From NCBI GenBank assembly GCA_900617105.1, contig UYFQ01000218.1, forward strand, positions 124,001-188,000: a stretch of 64,000 nt of DNA. Direction: 5' to 3'. Below the pieces are notes generated by a model. The model searched no databases and was not told the origin of the DNA. It worked only from the letters and a program-made list of their open reading frames with translations. This document shows, one piece after another, positions 43,631-55,100 of the stretch. The stretch's first letter is position 1. Every line of letters starts with the position of its first letter. Made by a program: the position numbers and the translations under genes. Source of the DNA: Hydrurus foetidus. Its lineage: Eukaryota.

Positions 43631-45216
43631 TTTTTCAACACCTTCATGAAGTCCATTTTATTTCCAATCCTTCCATCTCCATCTCTTGTTTTGCTTTCAC
43701 TTCTTCTGTTTCTCCTACTTGTCTCTATCTTTTCATCTTCCCCTCTCCCTTCATTTCTGTGTTTTACTCAAATGCCGACTTCTACAGTTCCATCCTCGTC
43801 CCTTCCTTTTTGCCTCTCCCTTACTTCCTCTTTTCTCCCATCCCTCCTCCCTTTTCCAACGAACACTTTCCCTCGTAACTCTTTCCATTTTCTCTCTATC
43901 CTTCTCATCTACCCCATCCCTCCCTCCCTATCCTTCTCATTATCCCCTATCCCTCCCTCTCTTCATACCACCGTATCGTTCCAACGACACCTGCCCTCAC
44001 CATATTCCACAGGCTCAGCACTTCAGATCAGCAACACTACCCAAAGAAACCAGACTATTATCTCTCCATACGGCTGCCACATCGAAATGGACGAGAGTTA
44101 CGAGTGCACCATTGTAACTGTGGGCAACTGGTGAGAGAAAATTCGTATGAAATGTTGGCAACTTAACTTTGCAAATTTTGTTCTGTGATATAATCAATCA
44201 GATCAAAACATGCCGTGAGTCAAAGAACACGAAGACATGCAAATGAGTTCAATTCATTTTGAATCGTCTGAAAGCAAATTCTTGTTTTGAACCATATTTA
44301 TTATTTCTTTTCTTTCCTTTTCAATCTTCAACTTTTTCGTTTTTCGAGTTATTTATAAAATCTTTTAGAAATGTTGCCAAGTGCATAAAGCCCTCTTATT
44401 TAGTCAAGTGACACAGTGAATCAGTTTGAAAGTTACACCTTTCTCATCCTTTTCCTCATCCCACATTTTCTTAATCGGCAATTTACATTCCATGCACGAC
44501 TCATCAGGCTCATACTCGCGATGAGCGACGTGCTGATCACACAGGCCGAATCTGATCCATCCAAATTCATAGGTGCAATTAACCACATACACCCATACAG
44601 TACTATATATTTGACCTAGTGAAGTCCATATTAGTTAAATGTGATCATGAATCATCGGTCTCATTTAGTCACAAAGCGACCAGACTGCTTGAAACCAGAT
44701 CACTTACATCATCATGGTTCCATATTTCTTGATTCGCTCCGCACATACATACATGACGAAGCGTCACTCACATCTGTTGACCTGCTAATATAACGCGATA
44801 ACACACAAGACATCATCTGTCAATGATACCTAAAGCAGCATTCTAATTACAACTTCAACTTCTTGTGCTATTAATAAATGTACATTTGTGTTCGTGCGTA
44901 GGACCAGTAAGTGCATTCTCGAGATACGCGATGGTGTACGGTTTGAAAAAAGGTACGTGCGTCAAATACCTTTTATTTATCTGTGACACGTTGGCACGTA
45001 CGAACGTTCCACTGACTTGACACACAATAACGAATTCTTCCAATTTTTTAATTTCAATTCTGAATATCTAGTAACTAATTCTTTTTCAAGCATTTGGAAT
45101 TTCCTCTTTTCTTTTTTTCCATTTTCACAGATATTTGGAGGAATCCCAAGGAATGTTCTGCACATTTCGATTCTGCTCATCTTGCCGCCACACGTCACGG
45201 AAATTGGATCTGCTGA
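40131..45216 (+). CDS. Secreted or Golgi GT-B fucosyltransferase-like glycosyltransferase (copy 1, intact)
   Basis: Hydrophobic N-terminus MFWLFPAFFLTAKLASS and a GGFGDRLAGL loop. Motif I is IGVHFRCGD, motif II is LFVASDN, and the motif III region is NW|LILAMSDVLI...SAFSRYAMVYG. The protein ends GNWIC*. Confidence 0.75.
43565..43630. repeat. (TTTC)n microsatellite in an intron of glycosyltransferase copy 1
   Basis: Long perfect TTTC run. Confidence 0.9.
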
Positions 45217-48200
45217 AAGAAATGGAAACATCAAACTTCAATTAATATGAAAAGGAAAATGAAACGAAATGATAAGATCAATAACAATGGTGAACATTGC
45301 TGCGATCTTATGTTACTGAAATTTAATCGTCGACAAACGAACTATTCATTTATCGGCACTAGTCGCACATACAATATAGATATGGAAAGTCGTCAAACCA
45401 CCACTCATTGCAAGCTATTTCTCACTCCAAATCGAGTTCAACAATTTTTGCGTCTAAATTTGGACGTATACGGTATACTAATACGGCATCCCCTGTAGAC
45501 AATCATCGTGTTTACAGTGGATGACAGTTACAATGCATCAATGCATTCTATTTCTCGGTGATTAATTGCACATTTAAAATGCAAATTTACAACTATCTTA
45601 TTCTTAACAATCATACCACGAACAATTTATTGGTATTTCGGTATTTCAGTATTCAAAAACCGGGTGAGATGGTCGTGGGAAATCTTTCAAGTGAAAATTA
45701 GGAACCCGTGACCATCCCCAATTTGATCTGACCCCTTCCCCAAGGGTTATAAAGGGTCATGATTAATGATTTTAGATAATCGCCATCCCTCCCACTTTAC
45801 AGTGTAGCGCCCCCTCGATTCGAATGTACACTTTCTCTTCGTTTCACTTTCTTCTGACGCACGAATTCAGTCGATTGAAAAACACATTTCTTATTAAATT
45901 ATTTCACTACTGTGTATGAAACTCGAAAATCAGAAGGGAAATAGGCTGTCTTAAATCAAATCTATAGGGCTAAAAAATCTATCAAATCTGAGAATGTTAT
46001 CGGATAGAAAGGTTCCCCACTGATCATGTTATCGGATAGAAAGGTTCCGCACTGATCATGAACGACTCTGATAGTGCTTTAGGTTCAGGTTAGATCTTAC
46101 ATAATCCAATCACGGCCAAACCTAAATGATCCATATCCGCGGTTGGTTACAATGATAATAGATCATACTATAGTGTGTTTTACATCTGCACTACTGTCGA
46201 AGACGAGATAGCCAAAGATATAATTTCATCGTTTCTATCCGCCACTTGAAGAAGGCAGAACATTTTTCAGATTTTTTGAGTATGTAGATCTCCACAATTG
46301 GACAGAAATTAAACGGAAAAGAGGTATGCGTTTTCCTGAAAATCTCTTTCAAATGTTGAGTGCCCCTGTTGATGACATACGTACGCACAGAGAGTATATA
46401 CAGTAATATATTGCCACACTCCTACGGTCTATAACAGTCGAAAAATTAATTGAAAGCAGTAGATTGTGTGAGAAGTATATTCGGTACGTATTTTGGTGCT
46501 GATCCGAATAGCTTCTATTTTGATATCTTGCTGTTTGATAATTGCCGCCCATCATATTCTACTTCGATCGTGCCTGTGATTGATTTGTGAGTTATGATCA
46601 CGAGGCACGAATTAAAATTATTCGAAATTCTTCCCTATGAATCTCCTGTTTATAATAAAAATCAGTGAAATTCTCTTTTCTTTTGTTTTCTTTCTCACAA
46701 ATCGAGAAGGCTTCATAATGTTATTTATTTACATGTACCATTTTTTAGCGATTATTTGTACATGTACCATACGTAGTACGTATGTGCAATCGAAATATAT
46801 TCCGTACGGCACACTGCAGTACGAAATACAATTTACAATTCTCCAAAATTTCGGAGATGTACCAGCAGATGACAACGCGAGAACACTCTTTGTGTTCGTT
46901 CTGTATTTTTTCTGCAACATCCTGATAGATTCGGATTCGAATAATTCAATTGAGTTGTTCCTGCTGACATTTCTGATCTCTGATAAAACATAAATCGCAG
47001 TGATAATATTTGGCTCTTTACTGCCTCTTTCTAACAGCTAAACTGACCTCTTCATCGTTCACTACTGAAGTCCTGCAGCCTGCTTTTCTGAAATCATTCA
47101 CGGACAGATGCACAGCTGAGAAGTATCCTTTCATTCCGAAATTTTACGAAAGACAGAGCAACCCTGGCGATCGCTATGTACACTTTGTGTTCCATGAGCA
47201 TCGATTTCGTAACGGCGGCTTTGGAGATCGGCTAGCAGGTCTGGTGAATGCTGCAGCTATTGCGCTGAGATTCGACAGACAACTACTCATTGAATCGAGA
47301 AGTGGTTTTGAGGAACTGTTCAGGCCCTATCACCCAAACATAACACATTCAAATGGTATGCGAAGAGAAGCTAAGAATCGTCGAGTGTTGCAAGTACTGC
47401 AGCACTACCTTGAAATTCTGAAACATCACAACCCAGGGCAATGCTGAAATTCCATCGAAAACTTACAGCATTCTCAGCACTTACTACTATTGCTTCTGAC
47501 TATTTGTGGTAATATTGCACAGACAATGATGGCAAAATCATTCCTAACTATCATCGTTCGAATTGGAGTTCCTGGACTGCTTATAACTCAAGTCTCGCCA
47601 ATAGCGATGATACAGGTGCATCATGAACATTCTGACTGTCATGAAATGTGAATAACTTTGTACGCGTATAAATCGATTACTGCAATCCAATCGGAAACCA
47701 ATCCCTCACCTCTTCATGAAATAAACTTCGTTTGCAGTTTATAATTTGAACAACTGTCTCAACGTTGTCGGGATCCTGCAGGCAAAATGCGGAATGGAGG
47801 AAGGTAACTTTGCTGGCCGGCAGTCTTACAATGCAGCATTGCTATGAAACCCCTTCCTTCTCCGACGACACATCAGCTCTTCTGACCTCCACAGTAGTGG
47901 CAGTAATCTTCAGGAAAAACATATATTTTATTTTTCGTCGCCTCACTTCCGAACTTTATTAATTGACTCGCTTCTAGGGGATACGAAACAACCAATTTGA
48001 AGATTAGAGGCAACCGAGCATTTCTATGCAAATGGAGAACCAATTCTGTAATTCCAACAGATCAACTTCTCGCACTAGGAATGACAAAAGATGCCGATCT
48101 ATTCGAGGTATACAGTCAATCGATAGATTTAACTTGCGAGTACGTATGCCGTATGTATGTGTTGTGTATTACTTTATTTTACTTTAAATTAGCTGTCAAT

Positions 48201-48425
48201 CCTCTTCATTGATCTAATTCTTACAATCTCCTCAATGATATATCACGCGTTTCGATAAATTTCATCAGTCGATTCATTTTCAATTTTGAAACTCCTCCTC
48301 GCACATAGATGGCAGGCTGTATATTACGGCTAGTGATGTGGCCGACACAGCTTCTATGGGACTACGTTGACGAGCAGCTGACATGTTAGTATATAGCCTT
48401 GCTATTTTCCCCATTTTCATCATCA

Positions 48426-48499
48426 GGTCTTATAGCTCAGTTGGTTAGAGCGTGGGTCTAATAAACCCAAGGTCCTGGGTTCGAGCCCCAGTTGGACTA
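48426..48499 (+). tRNA. trnI-AAU: tRNA-Ile (anticodon AAT), intronic, imperfect acceptor stem
   Basis: Cloverleaf: D arm GCTC/GAGC, anticodon stem TGGGT/ACCCA with loop CT-AAT-AA, and T arm CTGGG-TTCGAGC-CCCAG. It is followed by a TTTTT Pol III terminator. The acceptor GGTCTTA/TTGGACT has two G-U pairs and one U-U mismatch. Confidence 0.85.
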
Positions 48500-49470
48500 C
48501 TATTTTTCTTCGGATATGCTTCTTTAACGGCCACGACATCTTGTACACTGAGCGTGCGGCTGACTCTTGAAAAATCACGTTGTGGATCCGAAATTAAAGT
48601 CAAATTTGGAACGACGCCACTTACCAGTATTGTGACACTATATTTGTACAGCTGAAGCTCTCCGACTAGCCTAATTGGAGGGAAAGGACAAAGCCCTTGT
48701 TAAGGAATTTCTTTCGGATTACCAGGTATGAAGCAATTGTGTTGAGTGAAATCAAGAATGTCAAGAATGCCTATAACAGCTTTATCAGCGAATCTCTTAT
48801 ATCGCCCACACACAACCTGCCCTTTCCATAGTTCCTGTTGCACTAGACATTGCGTTTGATATTAGTATATTGTTAAGTTTGCAAAGTATAACATAACACT
48901 ATCTACACGTACATATCAAAAAATGAAAGATTCGATTGAACTGTTAAAAAATAAGATTCGTAAATCAAAGTTCAGTTGTGAGTGTGTTTTCTTCACACTC
49001 AATTTCTCTCACTCTTCAATGCGTGAGTTGTCACTCTGTTTTCTTATCCCATACCAACCCTCTAACCAACAGCACACCCTCTGTCACACTACACCTTAAA
49101 CACATTCCTGATTTCGTTTTAATACATTCAAATCTATTTCTCAAGACAGTCAGTGTCATTTATTATTTAGCGACTTTAAGATAATGTCACAAAGAGTTCA
49201 TGAGTAGCACGCACCAGGACCAGTAGCTCTATACGAGTAAATGCGTTAGTACAGATCATGCCATTTCATTCTTTCAGCGCCTTAAAAAACCCTAAAATAT
49301 TGAATGAATCAGCTAATAATCTTAATCTGCATCTATTAGATTGGTGTGCACTTCAGATGTGGTGATTATTCGTATATAAAGAAGGGAAGCAGAGATGAAC
49401 AGTGCGTGCTTGTGCCAGGTATTGTAACACTTTTCTTTCCTGAAATAATGTAATAAATTGAAATGACACT

Positions 49471-49660
49471 GGGCGACAACGCTTACTCCCGGATCCCCAG
49501 ATTTAGGATTCGAAAATATGGGATTCTGGGACTTAGACAAAAAAGCTGTAGAAGTCCCCCCTCCTTTCTTTCCTATTTCAAATCTCAAGTCATTCCAGAT
49601 TTTCAAAATTTTGCTCGAAATCTGGGGGTCTGGGTTTCTGGGGAATACACGTTTTCACCC
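49471..49660. mobile_element. MITE-like insertion with imperfect GGG...CCC TIRs (PIF/Harbinger-related type inferred)
   Basis: Absent from the homologous intron of copy 1. Left end GGGCGACAACGCTTACTCCC..CCCCAGATTT vs reverse-complemented right end GGGTGAAAACGTGTATTCCC..CCCCAGATTT. Flanks are ACT and ATT. Confidence 0.6.
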
Positions 49661-49677
49661 ATTATGTAATTTCAATT

Positions 49678-49850
49678 AGAGTGTTTGCGAAACCTCGTAT
49701 TTTGAAAATACGAGTTTCAAACTCGGCTTTTTCAAACTCATTTTTTGTAGAAATTACGACTCCTCATCTGTTTTCGAAGAATTCGTTTTTATTCTCGTTG
49801 TGACGAGTTTGAAACCCATATTTTGAAATACGAGGTTTCGCAAACACTCT
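49678..49850. mobile_element. MITE with 25-bp perfect (~47-bp imperfect) TIRs
   Basis: AGAGTGTTTGCGAAACCTCGTATTT ... AAATACGAGGTTTCGCAAACACTCT, flanked by AATT on both sides (or by TA if the element starts at GAG). Absent from copy 1. Confidence 0.85.
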
Positions 49851-51685
49851 AATTCAATGAAAGTATCAGTTTCCCTGTTATTATCTATACTCCGTCTCTT
49901 CCTATCCGCATCATTCTGTCATTGCTGTGACAGTGTCGCTCTGTCTTTCTGACTACTTCTTATAGTGTGCCTTCACCATGCGTACGAAAGAACTATCTGA
50001 AGATGTTATTCATAACACATCACACGTATCACACTGCTTCGCACGACAAAGGCACCCTCACCCACCCCATATCACATCATATCACATCGCAATACATCAT
50101 ACAGTGCTAATCATATTACACTGCACATAACGAAGTCTATTTGAAATGTTTGGCAGCGATATACTTTTTAAACGATTTACCTGGTGCTTCCCCAACATTT
50201 AGGTAACTTCGAAGGAGGCAGAGATATCCTATATTCCTAACATCACTGATATCAGTAACAGCATTCTAACACTATTCTTCGTATCAGATAACACCATTAT
50301 TCAATCCACACTTATCTCTTCATTTTCAAGAGTAACACTTTTATATCATATATCTCCAGAATTGGCTCATTTCCACTATTTATCTTCAGGCAACTTTGAA
50401 CCCACCATGTTTAACGGTTCACCAGTGGACCTTGGACTCTGTGCCACACAGGTGATTCCAGACTTTATTTAACTTTATTTTGAAATTGTGTCTCGTTTCT
50501 TTGCGTCATTTTGACTTTTTTGTGATGTCGCGTGTGTCAGACAGAAAAACGCCTTTGACTACCGTGTGATGGTGCCTATGTGAGGCTTCCGTCTAACTGT
50601 GGCAATGTTCTCACGGACTGATTTTGCGCAATCACATCTTTTCTACTTCTTATTTACATCACTATCAATTGTTCGAAAAGGTGATCCAAGAAATATCGCT
50701 CTTACACGACGGAAATAAAACCGATAAAAGACGTTTACACACTGATTTGCAAGTAAAACCGTCAAATGTTCTTCTATTTGTAGCGAGTGACAACCACGGT
50801 AAAATGCAACACGATGCCCTTTGTCCTCTGTTTGCCGTGTCTGCACTGTAGCATCTGAAGACAGAAACTGAGTCTTCGCTCTCTCTTTCTCTCACTCCCT
50901 CTCTTTCTTAACAACCAAACTCTTCTCCATCCATGTGGCACTTTTTCATTTTTTTATTTTCAATTTCATTTTCAGATAGCTGGAGGAGTCCCAAGGAATA
51001 TTCCACACACTTCGATTCTGCTTATCTTGCCGCCACACATAATGGAAATTGGATCTGCCAAAATAGAAAGAAAAACAAAATATTCGAAGAAATAGAGAAG
51101 ATACTCAGATATCAATAAGGACGGTGATCATCGCTGCGAAAAAAGTGAGAATGTTAGTGAGACATCACAGTCTACAAAATATTAGAATTTATTTGTCGAC
51201 ACTACTCGACAATCGCAAGGACAATATAGATATGGAAAGTCATCAGATCACCACTCATTGTCAAAAGCTTCATACTCCAAATCGAGCCGAACAAAGATTT
51301 GCAATTAATTTCAGCTGTATACGGTTTAATATAACGGTAACCTCTGTGAGCAATTATTGCGTTTACAGTGGAAGACAATTACCAGGTCTTTATTTATTTC
51401 TTCCTCTGTAACTAACTGCACAAAAGAAACCAAACGTACAACTCGCATCTTTCTAACCAAGCTTGTAACAAATACTTCACCGTATGTCGGTTGTAGACAG
51501 TAGGCAAAGACTAGAAAAAAACGAGATCATAAAACGACGTCATTCAGTTTGATAACTTATATCGGTCAGTGTTACTACAATCCTCTGCATGTTAACAAAA
51601 ACAGAAATTAGGAGAGTGATCTGCGGAAAATGTGTTCAAATGTTCTTGTTGATAGTGAACGTACGAGTAGCACGTGTAGACGTAT

Positions 51686-51813
51686 AATGTGGGGAGTGAG
51701 GATCCAGCTCAGCGACACTGCCTTCTTCAAGCTTTTGGCCTAGCTAACACGGCCTTAATGTTGCCGTGAAGTACTATAGAAGGCTGGGTCGCTTTGCTGG
51801 ATAGACTTTCATT
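51686..51813 (+). other. Candidate structured RNA: long irregular stem capped by two hairpins
   Basis: Nested complementary blocks ATCCAGC/GCTGGAT, AGCGAC/GTCGCT, GCCTTCT/AGAAGGC, CACGGC/GCCGTG and AGCT/AGCT. The basal stem uses G-U pairs on the + strand. Confidence 0.35.
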
Positions 51814-52131
51814 AAGTATCGTGCTGTAAGCTTAGAGCTTAGAACAATCGAACAATCTATTCTGTTCTAGTGATAGAAGGAAATAGGGTGTTAGTTGGTG
51901 TTCCGAGTCAGTTTTGACAGTTTGACAATTTCAAGTCACACCGCAGTTTACTTGTGTAATCATTCTGTTACAGTCTACTATTTGTTTTCAGTGAGAATCA
52001 GTCAAATAAAAATTGGTTTTTCCATTTGATACGAATTGAGAAAGCTCCAAAAAACTGTTTATTTACATCTACTATTTAAGCATGTTTATTTATCAACGAA
52101 ATGTACACATACAACAGTTTCATTTAATAAT

Positions 52132-55100
52132 CTATATCTTTGAAAAATTCAATATAATTTCGCTGATTGAATAAGTGTTTCTATCAATTTTTAGTATTCT
52201 GTCGTTACCCGTATCTGCTATGTAAATCACTTTATTTAGTCGGTCATAGGCAACTCCTTGAGGACTGTCAAGTTCAATATTCAAAAGATTATCGAGCTGT
52301 TTTTTAATGTACTCTTTGTCATCTGCATCTTTACTTACACTATCATCAGTTACTAACTTATTTCCTCTTTTCCCTGATCCAATGAATGACTTGCTATTCG
52401 CTGACCGTGTACCATCCACCACAACACATTTTACTTTGTTGTTTAGCGTGTCGCAGATGAGCACGTTGTCGGTGTCCAGTAGACAAGATCCAGTGGGGCC
52501 CTGTTCACGAATATTCGAACAAAATGGTTATTTGATGTAGCTATTGTAGACGAAAAAAATTCAGGTAGTGTTTTTCATACACAGTTCGAGATTTCGTGTA
52601 GAAGATTTGTATGTACATTCGAGACCGTTGCGCTGACAGTATCGAGTGGTCGTGAAACGTTATTGAAGATCAAATAACGTAATTCGCGCATCAAATTCAG
52701 TTATTTAAAATTGGCACATTCTGAGACATGGGCACAACATTTATTGACATTAAAAAAATGCGCATAGATTCCGGATTAAGTTCCAGGGTCTACCTGTGTG
52801 CGCGCTTTGTAGCCCGAAGTGTCCACGTCTCCGTAACCGTCAAATAAACGCTTTTCGTCTCCAGCCTTAATAACGACATTGCGAAGTGATTGGATGTAAG
52901 TTACAATAGTACCGGACAATAATGCATTTGAACAATCATGATGTATAGCAATCATACTGATAAGCGATAAGTACGTTCGGCAGTGATGATATGAAGGAAT
53001 TCGACACTAGTGATGTTCAGCAGCTGTGATGATGACATTAATGATCGACCAGTCTTACCTGCTCGTCTAGGCCAAGTACTGTTTTGGTGTATCCCTCTAT
53101 GAGGTTCAGGGCACGGAGATCGCATGCTTCCGTGTCCACAACTGAAACGGATAAGTAGATAGGATAAATGTAAGGACAAAACAATAAGTTAGTGCGAAGC
53201 ATGCAATAAAAATACAAGGGTATACAACCCATCATCAACGCACTTGCACAGGAGAGGTATCATATATAACGTAAAAAAAAGACAGAAAGCAATCGTTAAG
53301 AAATGGAAAGACAACATTATCATCATCGCGACTATGATAATTAGTATTAGTATCAGCGCTTTTATAGTGTTACAATATTCGAGACGATTACTTTAGTATC
53401 AGTATCACTATTCGCAATAACATCAACGGAAATATTGGAATTACACACTGACTCTAATCATGGAAACAAAGTAATAGCATTAACATAAGTAGTATTAGTA
53501 TCTCACCGAAAAGTCTCCCACTGCTGCCCACTATACCAGCTGGCTGCTCGAATCTTAGAGTGTCTCCTAGAAAAGATGTCACGATGCTGGCCTGGCAGTC
53601 TCTACTACCTGAGAGAGGAGGAAAAGAACAAGAAACAAGAGGAGAAGAAGGAGGAGGAGGAGAAAAAGAAGGAGAAGAAGGAGAAGAAATGAAATCAGAA
53701 AAGTAAACTCAGGAGGGATGGCAAGAATGGGGTGGGGCATGGCGTTAACAGTAAAGCAGTGTGGAGTTGTGTGGTAGTGAAGGGGAGAAATATTTTTCAG
53801 TGGAAGTGCTTTTTGATAGTACAAACACACACAAATACAATAAATTCAGAATCTGGAATGAGTTCCAAGGTCTAGTGCAAGATACCTAGCACTCCGCTAC
53901 CAAATGCAGGACGGGCTGTAAAACCGTTATCCGTGATTCGCCAAATCTGCCAATGTAAATATAACGGAAATATCGGGGAAAAGATGTTACTGGTGGAGTG
54001 TGATGAGTGCGATAGATTTTTTTCTGGAGATTTGAAGTGACGTATGAATAAAATTGACGTTTAATTTCAAAAATTCAAGTGCTGTTTGAAAGATTGTCAT
54101 GTTAAAGGATCATAGGAGTTGAGATACGACTCCTATCGATCGGCTGTGAAGATGTTTGATAAAATCTATTGTGTTCTGTTTCGAAGTTTTTGTGAAATAT
54201 GGTTTGTTTGTGTATCTTATGAAGTCTTTTTTGTCTATAATTCATTCCGCTTTGAATCTATCAATAACTCACTGCATCCTCTCCGACAAAGAGTTCAACA
54301 TTGACTCATCTTCTACTCCCTCTCTGCTACTCACACTCAAAGTGGAAATTTTCATGCCAACCAATATTCACCTGTCTCGACCCAGCAGCCGACACATAGA
54401 CGAAGGCGTCACTCACAGCCACATCAGTGGGGATGAGCATGGGGCGAGTGCGACCGAGCAGTTGGGATGCGAGAGGGTCCTCCTGATAGGAGGAATAGGG
54501 AGGGAGGGATAAAGAGGGAGGGAGAGAGGGAGGAAGGGTGAAGGGATGAAGTTGGCAGGGAGGGAAGAAAAGTAGGGGAGAGAGAGGGAGGAGGAGAAGG
54601 GAGAGAAAATGGGAGAGGCAATGTGAGAAGGAGTAGCAACTATGTCATTATGATGTCAATTAGAGTTTAATGAAAACAAGAGTACGAGATGCTGATCGGT
54701 GATCGAAATTTAAGTACGTGTTTACCTGCAGTTTGTTGTTTGTCAGTTGAGCGTTTAGTTCGTCAGCTGTCAGATCTCTCATGCCTTGAAGGTTCTTCCC
54801 GATAGTTCTCTCAATCTGTGACAGCAGAAAATTAAATAAATAAAAGAAAAGTTAAGATAAGATGAGAGTGGAGAAGATAAAAAAGAAAAGGTAAGACAAG
54901 AAATGAAAGATAAGATAAGGTCAGGTAAGGCAGGAAAAGGGGAGATAAAATGGGAGAAGAACAGAGAAATAGAAGATAAGATTGGACAAGATGAGACTTT
55001 AAGAGAACTGAAGAGAACCGTTTAAAGTACCTGGCTTATCTCTGCTATGTCGTAGACTGATCCATCGGCATCCACGTTGGGCTGCACGACTGATACGGTT

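Larger units (their letters stand above)
47005..51118 (+). pseudogene. Tandem duplicate (copy 2) of the fucosyltransferase-like gene, probably pseudogenised
   Basis: Collinear with 40131-45216. The ATG is lost (gagATGttttgg vs gataatatttgg) and there is a 1-nt deletion in the signal peptide. The three exons carrying the motif III region are absent, the TGA stop has become CAA, and two MITEs are inserted. Confidence 0.75.

Noticed and set aside
45995..46060. Two-copy ~31-bp direct repeat (ATGTTATCGGATAGAAAGGTTCC..) resembling a CRISPR repeat
   Set aside because: The copies abut with no spacer, the context is eukaryotic and there are no cas genes. It is a simple tandem duplication.
46568..46610. 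13-bp interrupted hairpin TCGTGCCT-GTGAT/ATCAC-G-AGGCACGA
   Set aside because: Isolated, with no TSD or RNA motif to assign it.
51690..51815. SECIS or SRP RNA interpretation of the hairpin
   Set aside because: The minus strand has ATGA and AAA at SECIS-like spacing but no 3' GA for the quartet. There is no SRP helix-8 or GNRA motif.
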